A stretch of 64,000 nt of DNA from Alphaproteobacteria bacterium (lineage in GTDB: Bacteria > Pseudomonadota > Alphaproteobacteria > CACIAM-22H2). Positions 9,755 through 19,085 of the stretch are shown piece by piece (the first letter of the stretch is position 1; each line of letters opens with the position of its first letter). The notes below the pieces were generated by a model, which was given only the letters and a program-made list of their open reading frames with translations, did not search any database and was not told where the DNA came from. The position numbers and the translations under genes are program-made. The DNA is taken from assembly GCA_016124335.1 (NCBI GenBank), contig WGNX01000009.1:101658-165657 (forward strand), in the 5' to 3' direction.

Positions 9755-12109
9755 ATGCAATCCGGATCCTCCGGCCATCCGACAAAGGTTGAAATCGGTC
9801 GACGCGAACGGCGGATCGAGGATTCGCGCCTGCTTCGCGGAGAGGCGGAGTTTCTGGCCGACATTTCCGACGACGGCGTCCTGCACGGGGTCGTCGTCCG
9901 ATCGCCCCATGCGCATGCGCTCATCCGCTCGATCGACGCCGCCGCCGCGGCCAAATTGCCTGGCGTCAGGCTTGTCCTGACCGGCGCCGATCTCGACACG
10001 CTGCCCGTCAAGCCGATCAGCGCATTCGGCCCGGCGACGCTTGCCGGCAAGCCGGTTGCGGTGGATGCGCCGCCCTACGAACTTCTCGCACGCTCGCGGG
10101 TGCGCCATGTCGGCGAACCGGTTGCCTTCGTCGTGGCCGAAACCGAGGCGACGGCGCTCGAGGCAGCGGAATGTGTCGCCATCGACTACGAGCCGCTCGA
10201 CGCGGCGATCGCGCCCGACGACGAACACGCAATGCTCGGCTTCGAGACCGAACTGGGCGATCCGGCCGCCGCAGACGCCGCTTTCGCGAAGGCGGATCGT
10301 GTGGTCGAAATCGACGTCGTCAACCAGCGCGTCGCCGCCGTTCCGCTGGAGCCGCGTGGCGCCCAGAGCGAAGTCGACGGTAAGCGTGTCATCCTGCGGA
10401 CCGGCACACAGGCACCGCACCTGCTGCGACGCGTCCTGGCCAAGGACGTGTTCGGATGGCCGGAGGAAAAGCTGCGCGTGATCGTCCCCGACACGGGCGG
10501 CGGATTTGGCGCGAAGGCCCCCGTCTATCGCGAGCAAGGGCTCGTGGTCTGGGCGGCGATCTGCACCGGCCGCCCCGTGCGCTGGCTGTCGTCGCGCACC
10601 GAGGCGTTCCAGTCGGACACGGCGGGCCGCGACATGCGATCGCGCATCGCGCTTGCACTGCGCGCGGATGGCAAGATCCTGGCACTGCGCGCACGCATCG
10701 ACGCCAATCTTGGCGCGTACCTCTCGTATTTCGGCGGCGTACCGGCAAATATCGGTCTTGCGGGCCTTGTCGGCGCCTATGCGATCGCGTGCGTCGATAT
10801 CCGCTCGCGCGGCTATTTCACGAATACGTTGCCGGTGGATGCCTATCGCGGCGCCGGCCGCCCCGAAGCGATCTATGCGATCGAGCGCGCCATCGACAAG
10901 GCTGCCCACGAATTGGGCTTGGCACCCGACGAAATGCGCAAGCGCAATCTCGTGCCGCGCGAAGCGATCCCCTACCGCACGCCGGTTGGCACGCTCTACG
11001 ACAGCGGGGATTTCGTCGGGAGCGTCGAACGTCTGACAGCGCTCGCCGATACGCGCGGATTTCCCGCGCGCCGTGCGATGGCGCGCGCGCGCGGCAGGCT
11101 GCTCGGTCTCGGCATCGCCTATTATATCGAACGGGCAGCCGGCGGCGCCGAAGAAGCCGCGCGCATCGTTCTCGACCACGAGGGCGGCGCTGACGTGATG
11201 ATCGGCACGATGCCCGCCGGCCAGGGCCACGTCACCGCCTATACGCAGATCGTCGCCGACCGGCTCGGCCTTGATCCGGCGCGCATCCGTATCCATCAGG
11301 GCGATACCGACATCGTGACACGCGGTGTCGGCACCTTCGGCTCGCGTTCGCTTCCGGTCGGCGGGTCGGCATTGCGCCGCGCGGTCGAACGGATGATCGA
11401 GATTCTGCACCCTTACGCGAGCGACCATCTCGAGGCCGCGACAGCCGATGTCGAGTTCCAGAATGCACGCTTTGTCGTTGCCGGGACGGACCGCAGCGTC
11501 GACGTCGCGAATCTCGCCGCTGCGCTTCATCGCAAGGTTGGCATCGGCGGCCTGCCCCGGCTGCCCGGCAGTCTCGGCGTGGATCTCTCTGCCGAAGGCG
11601 CGTTCCAGCCCGCCGAACCGACATTTCCAAACGGTTGCCATGCGTGCGAAATCGAGATCGACCCCGAGACGGGCGAAGCGACGCTCAGCCGCTATTGCGC
11701 GGTCGACGATTTCGGGAACGAGATAAATCCCATGCTCGTGGACGGCCAGCTCCATGGCGGCATCGCGCAAGGCATCGGCCAGGCACTTCTGGAAGCCGTC
11801 GTCCACGATCCGCACGGGCAGATCCTGACCGGCTCGCTCATGGATTATGCGATGCCGCGGGCGGCCGACATGCCCGATCTGGTCCTCGCGCGAAACCCGG
11901 ATCCCTGCCGCAACAATCCGCTCGGGCTCAAGGGATGTGCCGAGGCGGGTGCCGTGTGTGCGCCGCCGGCCGTTATCAACGCCGTGCTCGACGCACTCGC
12001 GCCGTTGGGCGTCGAGGCGATCGACATGCCTGCCACGCCACAGGCGATCTGGAAAGCAATCCAGCGTGCGCGAACCGAAACGAAAGTGCGGGAGCGCGCC
12101 GATGTCTGA
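9755..12109 (+). CDS. Xanthine dehydrogenase/CoxL-family molybdopterin-binding large subunit, with no cognate FeS or FAD subunit genes nearby
   Basis: 784 aa; N-terminal ...RRIEDSRLLRGEAEFLADI... ; C-terminal GCAEAGAVCAPPAVINAVLDAL. Family recognition only. Confidence 0.85.
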   Translation: MQSGSSGHPTKVEIGRRERRIEDSRLLRGEAEFLADISDDGVLHGVVVRSPHAHALIRSIDAAAAAKLPGVRLVLTGADLDTLPVKPISAFGPATLAGKPVAVDAPPYELLARSRVRHVGEPVAFVVAETEATALEAAECVAIDYEPLDAAIAPDDEHAMLGFETELGDPAAADAAFAKADRVVEIDVVNQRVAAVPLEPRGAQSEVDGKRVILRTGTQAPHLLRRVLAKDVFGWPEEKLRVIVPDTGGGFGAKAPVYREQGLVVWAAICTGRPVRWLSSRTEAFQSDTAGRDMRSRIALALRADGKILALRARIDANLGAYLSYFGGVPANIGLAGLVGAYAIACVDIRSRGYFTNTLPVDAYRGAGRPEAIYAIERAIDKAAHELGLAPDEMRKRNLVPREAIPYRTPVGTLYDSGDFVGSVERLTALADTRGFPARRAMARARGRLLGLGIAYYIERAAGGAEEAARIVLDHEGGADVMIGTMPAGQGHVTAYTQIVADRLGLDPARIRIHQGDTDIVTRGVGTFGSRSLPVGGSALRRAVERMIEILHPYASDHLEAATADVEFQNARFVVAGTDRSVDVANLAAALHRKVGIGGLPRLPGSLGVDLSAEGAFQPAEPTFPNGCHACEIEIDPETGEATLSRYCAVDDFGNEINPMLVDGQLHGGIAQGIGQALLEAVVHDPHGQILTGSLMDYAMPRAADMPDLVLARNPDPCRNNPLGLKGCAEAGAVCAPPAVINAVLDALAPLGVEAIDMPATPQAIWKAIQRARTETKVRERADV

Positions 12110-13154
12110 TGTTTCCCTGCGTGCCGTCAGCAAGAACTATGGAAGCCATACGGCACTGCGGACGCTCGATCTCGACATCGCGCAGGGTGAATTCCTCACG
12201 CTGCTCGGGCCGTCGGGCTGCGGCAAGACGACGACGCTGCGCCTGATCGCCGGTTTCATCGATCCGACGGCAGGGCGCATCTATTTCGGGCGCGACGACG
12301 TGACCGATCTGCCACCGCAAAAGCGCGAGATCGGAATGGTGTTCCAAGACTATGCCCTGTTCCCGCATCTGACGATCGCCGACAATATCGGCTTCGCCCT
12401 TGTCGAGCGCGGCCGCAAACCGGCCGAGATCGAGAAGCGCGTGACAGAGCTTCTCAACCTCATCCGGCTTCCCGGTGCCGAAAACCGCTTTCCCGCGGAA
12501 CTGAGCGGCGGGCAGCAGCAGCGTATCGCCGTCGCGCGGGCGGTCGCGCATTCGCCGCGCGTGCTCTTGATGGACGAACCGCTCGGTGCCCTCGATCTCA
12601 AGCTGCGCGAGGCCATGCAGGCCGAGATCAGCGCCATCCAGCGCACGCTGCGCATCACGACGGTCTATGTCACTCACGACCAGAGCGAGGCGATGAGCAT
12701 GTCCGATCGCATCGCGGTGATGAACGACGGACGCATCGAACAGCTCGGCACGGCGGTCGATATCTACAACAGGCCCGCGTCGAGCTTCGTGGCGGGGTTC
12801 GTCGGGCAGATCAATCTCATCGCCGGCGAGGTCGCGGCGGGAGCCGTGGTCGCGGGCGGCCAGCGGATCCGCGTGAGTGGGTCCGTGCCGCCGTCTGGGG
12901 CCGTTACGCTCGGCATCCGCCCCGAACAGCTGCGCGTCGTGGAACCCGGCCTTATCGTAAGCGACGAATTCGACGCGCTGGACGGCATCGTCCGGTCGAC
13001 GATGTTCGCCGGCTCGGTCATCAAGGTCGAGGTCGATGCCGGCCTTTCCGCGCCGCTGCTGGTGGAAATGCATCCGGACGCACCCGCCGTCGCCGCCGGG
13101 GAGCGGGTGCGCATTTCGTGGCGCGTGACGAGCGCCACGATCCTGGCGAGTTGA
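12102..13154 (+). CDS. ABC transporter ATP-binding protein, PotA/spermidine-putrescine-type (with a TOBE domain)
   Basis: Walker [10 protein letters not shown], signature [14 protein letters not shown], Walker [12 protein letters not shown]. Its ATG at 12102 overlaps the stop of the upstream gene by 8 nt. Confidence 0.9.
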   Translation: MSDVSLRAVSKNYGSHTALRTLDLDIAQGEFLTLLGPSGCGKTTTLRLIAGFIDPTAGRIYFGRDDVTDLPPQKREIGMVFQDYALFPHLTIADNIGFALVERGRKPAEIEKRVTELLNLIRLPGAENRFPAELSGGQQQRIAVARAVAHSPRVLLMDEPLGALDLKLREAMQAEISAIQRTLRITTVYVTHDQSEAMSMSDRIAVMNDGRIEQLGTAVDIYNRPASSFVAGFVGQINLIAGEVAAGAVVAGGQRIRVSGSVPPSGAVTLGIRPEQLRVVEPGLIVSDEFDALDGIVRSTMFAGSVIKVEVDAGLSAPLLVEMHPDAPAVAAGERVRISWRVTSATILAS

Positions 13155-13165
13155 AGGAGATCAAC

Positions 13166-14149
13166 GTGAAAACCGCCTCGGTCGGCATTCCTGTCGTTGA
13201 TATCGCCGCCTTCCGCGATGGCTCCGACAAGGCGAGCGTCGCAAAGTCGGTCGCGCGCGCCTGCGAGGAAGTCGGATTCTTCTGCATATCGGGCCACGGG
13301 ATCGAACCCGCCTTGACGCAGCGCGCTTTCGAGGTATCGCGCGCGTTCTTCGATCAGCCCACCGACATCAAGATGCGCGCGCGTCCGCAGGGCGAAGTCG
13401 CACCCCGTGGCTACGCGGCGATGGAATCGAAGGGTCTGGGTGCCACGCTCGGCCAGAACGTTCCCAAGGACCTGCGCGAACAGTTCATGCTGGGCACGCT
13501 CGATCCGATTGTCGCCAAGCTTGCCGACGTGCCGGAGGCCATCGGTTGCTACGCGCCGAACGTGTGGCCCGAAACGCCGACCGACTACCGTCCGGTCTTC
13601 ACGCGGCTCTACCGCGAATTCGAATCGCTGGCCGCCACGCTCATGCGGATTTTCGCGATCGGACTCGACCTGCCGGAGGATTATTTCGCCGACAAGATCG
13701 ACCATCATTTCAGCGTCCTCGGCTCGAACCACTATCCGCCGCTTTCCCAACCGCCGCTTCCCGGGCAACTGCGCACCGGCGAGCACACCGATTTCGGCAG
13801 CCTGACGATCCTGCTGCCGACCGCCGGGCCCGGCGGCCTTCAGGTGCGTCTTGCGGACGGAACGTGGACGGACGTCCAGCCGATTCCGGGCGCGCTCATC
13901 ATCAATATCGGCGACATGATGGCGCGCTGGACGAACGACCGGTGGCGCTCGACGCTGCACCGCGTTGCAAACCCACCTGAAGCCGCCGCCGCGATGAGCC
14001 GACGGCAGTCGATCGCCTTCTTCTGCCATCCGAACTACGACACCGAGATCCGCTGCATCGAAAGCTGCACAGGGCCAGGACGCCCGGCACTTTATCCGCC
14101 AATTCTCGCCGGCGAGCACATGCGCATGAAAATGGTGAAACGGCTTTGA
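13166..14149 (+). CDS. 2-oxoglutarate/Fe(II)-dependent oxygenase, isopenicillin-N-synthase-like family
   Basis: HTDFGSLTILL (HxD), ...TLHRV, and an N-terminal IPVVDIAAF...FFCISGHGI. GTG start preceded by a perfect AAGGAGA Shine-Dalgarno. Confidence 0.85.
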   Translation: MKTASVGIPVVDIAAFRDGSDKASVAKSVARACEEVGFFCISGHGIEPALTQRAFEVSRAFFDQPTDIKMRARPQGEVAPRGYAAMESKGLGATLGQNVPKDLREQFMLGTLDPIVAKLADVPEAIGCYAPNVWPETPTDYRPVFTRLYREFESLAATLMRIFAIGLDLPEDYFADKIDHHFSVLGSNHYPPLSQPPLPGQLRTGEHTDFGSLTILLPTAGPGGLQVRLADGTWTDVQPIPGALIINIGDMMARWTNDRWRSTLHRVANPPEAAAAMSRRQSIAFFCHPNYDTEIRCIESCTGPGRPALYPPILAGEHMRMKMVKRL

Positions 14150-15528
14150 GCCTCGGCGAGGACATCGCGCGCTGGTCGGCGTCGCTTCGGTTCGAGGATC
14201 TTCCCGCGGCGGTGGTCGCGGATTGCCGCCTGCGGCTTCTCGATACGCTGGGCGTGGCGATCGCGGCGGTCGATCTGCCGATCGGCATGGCGGCCCGCAA
14301 CGCGGGCGCCGCGCTCGGCGGCGGCGACGAGGCGACCATTCTTGGCGACGGAACGCGCAACACGGCTGCGAATGCGGCACTTGTCAACGGCACTCTCGCA
14401 CATGCGATGGATTTCGACGACACGCACAACGAATCGGTCATGCATCCAAGCGCGCCAAGCGTTGCGGCGGCACTGGCCGGTGCCGAAGCATGCGGGGCCG
14501 ACGGCCGCGAACTGATCGTCGCGATCGCGATCGGAAACGAACTCGGATGCCGCTTTGGCCTCATTTCGCCGGGTGCGTTCCATGGCGTCGGCATTCATCC
14601 GACAAGCGCGCTCGGCATGCCGGCCGCCACGGCGGCGGTCGGACGGCTGTGGCGGTTGACGGCTGAAGAGACCGTTTGCGCCTTCGGGATATCGGCAAGT
14701 CAGGCTTCCGGCGTGCTGGAAGCCTATGCGGACGGAACCTGGTCGAAGACGCTGCATCCGGGCTGGGCCGCACACGCCGCGATCGTCGCCTGCCGCCTTG
14801 CGCAGGCTGGCTTCACCGGCCCCGCGAGCGCCTTCGAAGGTCGCTATGGTCTCTATCGGGCGCTTTTGCCCGCAGATACGAAATTCGATTTCGCCGCAGG
14901 GACGCGCGATCTCGGTTCGATCTGGGTCGCTCCGCAGACCGCCTTCAAGCTTTACCCGTGCGCCCACTCGATCCATGCATTCGTCGAAGGGGCTCTCGAC
15001 CTTCGGCGGCGCCACGCGATCGATCCGGCGCGGATTTCGGCCATCGAACTCGATGTTCCGGCCGAATTCGCCGGGCAGATATCCGAGCCGCGCGACGCCA
15101 AGATTGCGCCGCGCACCTCGACGCACGCCCGCGCGAGCCTTTTTTATGCCGTTGCCGCCGCGATCGTGGACGGCGCGCTCGGCAACGCCCATTACGAGGG
15201 CCGGGAATTCGAGCGACCTGACGTGCTGGCGATGGCGCGCAGGGCGATTGCGAAGACGGTACCGACCGGCGACGCGATCCGTTTTTCGGGCGGCGTGCGC
15301 ATCCGTCTCGTCGACGGCACGATGCACGAAACCTTCGTGGCCGAAGCTGACGGGACGGGCTCGCGCCTGCTGGACGAGACGCGCGTGCTGGCGAAGTTCA
15401 TGGCCTGCGCTTCACCGGTTCTCGGGCCAACCGGCGCCGAACGGCTCGCGGCATTGGCATTGTCGGCGGAAAAGCTGCGTGCCGTGCGCGAACTTGCCGT
15501 AGCGACGGCGCCTGGCAGGACCGCATGA
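14146..15528 (+). CDS. MmgE/PrpD family protein (2-methylcitrate dehydratase / cis-aconitate decarboxylase / IDS-epimerase superfamily)
   Basis: 460 aa, with the characteristic N-terminal LRFEDLP...L.DTLGVAIAA. Its start overlaps the upstream stop (ATGA). Confidence 0.8.
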   Translation: MSLGEDIARWSASLRFEDLPAAVVADCRLRLLDTLGVAIAAVDLPIGMAARNAGAALGGGDEATILGDGTRNTAANAALVNGTLAHAMDFDDTHNESVMHPSAPSVAAALAGAEACGADGRELIVAIAIGNELGCRFGLISPGAFHGVGIHPTSALGMPAATAAVGRLWRLTAEETVCAFGISASQASGVLEAYADGTWSKTLHPGWAAHAAIVACRLAQAGFTGPASAFEGRYGLYRALLPADTKFDFAAGTRDLGSIWVAPQTAFKLYPCAHSIHAFVEGALDLRRRHAIDPARISAIELDVPAEFAGQISEPRDAKIAPRTSTHARASLFYAVAAAIVDGALGNAHYEGREFERPDVLAMARRAIAKTVPTGDAIRFSGGVRIRLVDGTMHETFVAEADGTGSRLLDETRVLAKFMACASPVLGPTGAERLAALALSAEKLRAVRELAVATAPGRTA

Positions 15529-16010
15529 CGGGCCATCGCATCATTCGTGCCGAACCGCTCGACGAACCGGCGTTTCGCGCGTTCGGCTTCATCCTCGACG
15601 TGCCGTGCGACGGCAGGCGGACCGGGCCGGTCCCGGTCATCGCCGACCGACGCCCTTCCGCCACGATTACGGCAAATCTCATCGATCTGCCTGCACAAAA
15701 CGGCCGCCGCACGGTTTCACAGGTCGAGCGACACCTGCATGGCGCGCAGTTCTTCCTGCACTTGTCCGGCGGCCCGGTATCGTTGGTGGTGTTTCCCGCG
15801 GATTCCGGCGGTCGCGCCGACCTTGCGCGCGCATGCGCCTTCGTTGCCGCGCCGGGTCAGGCGTTCGGATATCATCCCGGCACGTGGCATGCGGGCGTTG
15901 CCGCCCTTTCCGAGCGCGCGGCGGTCGCCTCGCTTCTCGCCCGCGACGGCACCGCAGGCGATGTCGAGGAAGCGATGCTTGCCGAACCGATCGAGGTGGA
16001 CTGGACATGA
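15525..16010 (+). CDS. Ureidoglycolate lyase (AllA)-like cupin protein
   Basis: 161 aa; MTGHRIIRAEPLDEPAFRAFGFIL ... GTWHAG matches the AllA-family profile. 4-nt overlap with the upstream gene. Confidence 0.7.
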   Translation: MTGHRIIRAEPLDEPAFRAFGFILDVPCDGRRTGPVPVIADRRPSATITANLIDLPAQNGRRTVSQVERHLHGAQFFLHLSGGPVSLVVFPADSGGRADLARACAFVAAPGQAFGYHPGTWHAGVAALSERAAVASLLARDGTAGDVEEAMLAEPIEVDWT

Positions 16011-16924
16011 GCGAGCCCCCCTATCCGCGCGATCTTGTCGGCTACGGCCGGAACCGGCCTGACCCGCGCTGGCCCGGCCGGGCGCGCCTCGCGCTCAATT
16101 TCGTCCTCAACTACGAGGAAGGCTCGGAATATTCGATCCCCGATGGCGACGGCGCGTCGGAAACCCAGTTGCTTGAGGCGACGCCGTCGATGCCGCCCGG
16201 CGTGCGCGACATGAATGCGGAATCGATCTACGAATACGGCAGCCGCGTCGGTTTCTGGCGGCTCATCGACATTCTCGGCGAATTCGGCGCGACCGCGACG
16301 GTCTTCGGCTGCGCGCTGGCGCTCGAGCGAAATCCGCAGGCGGCCGCCGCGATCAAGGCCGCCGGCTTCGACGTTTGCAGTCACGGATGGCGATGGATCA
16401 AGCACTGGCTGTTGAAGCCCGAGGAGGAAGCCGAGCACATCAGGCGTGCGGTCGCCTCGCTTTCAAAGAGCTTCGGCGAGCGGCCGCTGGGCTGGTATTG
16501 CCGCACGGGCCCGAGCGTCAACACGCGCAAGCTCGTCGTGGAAGAAGGTGGCTTCCTTTATGACAGCGACTCCTACGCCGACGAGCTTCCCTACTGGGAC
16601 ACAAGCCACGGCCGGCCGCATCTCGTCATCCCCTATTCGGTCGACACGAACGACACGAAATTCGCGAACCCCGCCGGCTTCGGCAACGGCGACGAATTCT
16701 TCGCCTATCTCAAGGACAGTTTCGACTGCCTTTACCGCGAGGGTGCAAGACACCCGGGCATGATGTCGGTCGGCCTGCATATGCGCCTCGCCGGCAGGCC
16801 GGGGCGCGCCGAAGCTTTCCGCCGCTTTCTGGACTACGTGAAGCGACACGACGGCGTCTGGATCTGCCGACGCGCCGACATTGCCCGCCACTGGATCGCG
16901 ACGCATCCCTGCAAGCCCACGTGA
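16007..16924 (+). CDS. Polysaccharide deacetylase-family cyclic-amide hydrolase, allantoinase PuuE-like
   Basis: MSEPPYPRDLVGYGRNRPDPRWPG...LNFVLNYEEGSE is the PuuE-type N-terminus; 305 aa. The track ORF 15605..16924 is a frame fusion. Confidence 0.75.
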   Translation: MSEPPYPRDLVGYGRNRPDPRWPGRARLALNFVLNYEEGSEYSIPDGDGASETQLLEATPSMPPGVRDMNAESIYEYGSRVGFWRLIDILGEFGATATVFGCALALERNPQAAAAIKAAGFDVCSHGWRWIKHWLLKPEEEAEHIRRAVASLSKSFGERPLGWYCRTGPSVNTRKLVVEEGGFLYDSDSYADELPYWDTSHGRPHLVIPYSVDTNDTKFANPAGFGNGDEFFAYLKDSFDCLYREGARHPGMMSVGLHMRLAGRPGRAEAFRRFLDYVKRHDGVWICRRADIARHWIATHPCKPT

Positions 16925-16931
16925 GGAAACG

Positions 16932-18284
16932 ATGACCGAAGATACCCGTTGGGCCCGCCGCCCCTTGAGCGGCTACGACGTGCGGCTTCCCGTCGCCGAG
17001 GACGCCGAACTAACGCATGTCGATCCCGGCACGCCGGGAGGCGAATATCTGCGCCGCTTCTGGACGCCTGTCGCCATGACCACACAACTTGGCGCCCGCC
17101 CCGTGCCGATCCGGATCTTCGGGGAAGACCTCGTGATCTTCCGCGACGGCGCCGGCCGCATCGGTCTGCTGCATCGGCATTGCGCGCATCGCCGCGCGTC
17201 GCTGGAGTTCGGCCGTATCGAAGAACGCGGCATCCGCTGCTGCTATCACGGCTGGCACTTCGACGTGGACGGAACGATCCTTGAAACGCCCGGCGAACCG
17301 CCGACGAGCAAGATCTGCGGATCCATATGCCAGCCCGCCTACCCGGTTCGCGAATTGAAAGGTCTCGTCTTCGCGTACATGGGGCCGCCCGGCGAAATCC
17401 CGGCTTTTCCCTATCTCGACTCATTCGATCTGCCGGATCACGAACTGATCCCCTATTCCATCCATTCGCCCTGCAACTGGTTGCAGGAGACCGAAAACGC
17501 GATCGATCCCTTCCACTCCGTCTTCCTGCACGGGCGGGTGAACGGGCCGCAGTTTCCGGGCCTCGAGCATTTCGTTGAATTGCCGGTCGTCAATTATTCG
17601 CGGCGCGATGCCGGCATCGTCTACAGCCATGCGCGGCGCGTGGGCGATCTCGTGATGCTGCGTTTCCACGACTACCTGATGCCCAACCTCGCCCAGAACG
17701 GCGGCATGTTCCAGAAGCTGGAAAAGCCGAAATTCTTCGGCCGCACGAGCCTGACGAAGTGGGTCGTGCCGGTCGACAACACGAACAGCCGCAAGTTCGG
17801 CTGGCGGCATTTCAACGACAAGGACGAGGTGCTGCGGCAGGGCAAGCGCGACGAGGTCGGCTGGGAAACGGTCGATTTCTATGGCCAGACCGCGCACCGC
17901 TCCTACGAGGAAAGGCAGGGCAATCCCGGCGACTGGGACGTTTGGGTGAGCCAGGGACCCATCGCCGTCCATGGGCGCGAATATCTCGGCAAGACCGACG
18001 AGGGGATCGCGATGCTGCGCCGGAAGCTGCGCCGCGATATTCGCGCGGTCGCCGCGGGCGAGAAGATCGCGCAGGTCGGCGGTACGCCGGAGAATCCCTA
18101 TCCCACATATGGTGGAGATACGGTGCTACGGGTCGCCAAGTCGAACGACGACGAGGCACTGATGCGCGGGCTCCAGCAACAGGTGGCCGAAATCTATTTC
18201 GCCGCCGACGGCCTGAAGGGCGAAGAGCGGAGCGCGCGTATCAAGGCGGATCTCAAAGCGAAGTTCCCGGACTCCGCTGGTTAG
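16932..18284 (+). CDS. Rieske [2Fe-2S] non-heme iron oxygenase, alpha (catalytic) subunit
   Basis: Rieske CAHRRASLEFGRIEERGIRCCYHGWHF (CxH-x17-CxxH); 450 aa with a GAGGAA RBS. No beta or reductase partner adjacent. Confidence 0.85.
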   Translation: MTEDTRWARRPLSGYDVRLPVAEDAELTHVDPGTPGGEYLRRFWTPVAMTTQLGARPVPIRIFGEDLVIFRDGAGRIGLLHRHCAHRRASLEFGRIEERGIRCCYHGWHFDVDGTILETPGEPPTSKICGSICQPAYPVRELKGLVFAYMGPPGEIPAFPYLDSFDLPDHELIPYSIHSPCNWLQETENAIDPFHSVFLHGRVNGPQFPGLEHFVELPVVNYSRRDAGIVYSHARRVGDLVMLRFHDYLMPNLAQNGGMFQKLEKPKFFGRTSLTKWVVPVDNTNSRKFGWRHFNDKDEVLRQGKRDEVGWETVDFYGQTAHRSYEERQGNPGDWDVWVSQGPIAVHGREYLGKTDEGIAMLRRKLRRDIRAVAAGEKIAQVGGTPENPYPTYGGDTVLRVAKSNDDEALMRGLQQQVAEIYFAADGLKGEERSARIKADLKAKFPDSAG

Positions 18285-18325
18285 CTTCTTCGGTTGCCCG
18301 CTCGAAACGACCCGGCAACCGGGCG

Positions 18326-19072
18326 TCAGACGACGCTGCGCCTCGGCAACGGAATATGTTCGATGGGCGTATCGCCGAAACGTTCGTAACCTTCGGCGAG
18401 TGCAAGCTCCTTCGCCACGATCATGCCGTCGCCCTGGATGCCATGGGTCGGATCGAGCATTCGCCGCCCCTTCGTTCCGGGCGGATCGAACGTCCACTCC
18501 TGGAAACCGAGAATGTAGAAATTCAGCATCACCGCCGGCTTGCCGTCGGCGCAGAACCAGTGGGCATTCTTCGAAACCTCCGTCGTCTCGAACCTGTCGC
18601 CGATGCCAAACCACCTGTCGGTGCGCGTACGCAGCAGGATCGTGTCCGGCCCGAGCCGCGCCACGCGATCCCACTCGCGCGCATAGACCCGGCCGTGGAG
18701 AACGACCTGCGTGGAGATCAGGTTGTGATGGCAGTGCGGCGGATGGACTTCGTTCGGCTCGAGATAGAGAAGCTGCATGGTCCACGAGCGCTCGGGTGTG
18801 GTCTTCTGGTTGAGGATCTGATCCTTGCGTTCGGCGAGCGCGCGCTCGATCCACGGCCTGAGCTCGTCCGTCAGATCGAGCGAGTGATGCAGATCGCGGA
18901 TTCGGTCGATGTATTCATCCGGCGTGATCTCGTGCCTGGCGAGACGCTCGATCTGGGCCTGCGCATCCGCCCAAAGACGTTCATGATAGGAGTCGATATC
19001 GGGCAGGATGGCGCCAGCCCGGGTATTCATCTTTACGATCTTCCCCGAAGCGGTCTTGATCTCGCCGGCCAT
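18326..19072 (-). CDS. Hypothetical cupin-like protein, co-oriented immediately downstream of the Rieske oxygenase
   Basis: Histidine-rich cupin-like motif EVHPPHCHHNLISTQVVLHGRV. The start was chosen at MAGEIK to avoid a 32-nt overlap with the upstream gene. Confidence 0.5.
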   Translation of the reverse strand: MAGEIKTASGKIVKMNTRAGAILPDIDSYHERLWADAQAQIERLARHEITPDEYIDRIRDLHHSLDLTDELRPWIERALAERKDQILNQKTTPERSWTMQLLYLEPNEVHPPHCHHNLISTQVVLHGRVYAREWDRVARLGPDTILLRTRTDRWFGIGDRFETTEVSKNAHWFCADGKPAVMLNFYILGFQEWTFDPPGTKGRRMLDPTHGIQGDGMIVAKELALAEGYERFGDTPIEHIPLPRRSVV

Positions 19073-19085
19073 CTTCCGTCTCCTC

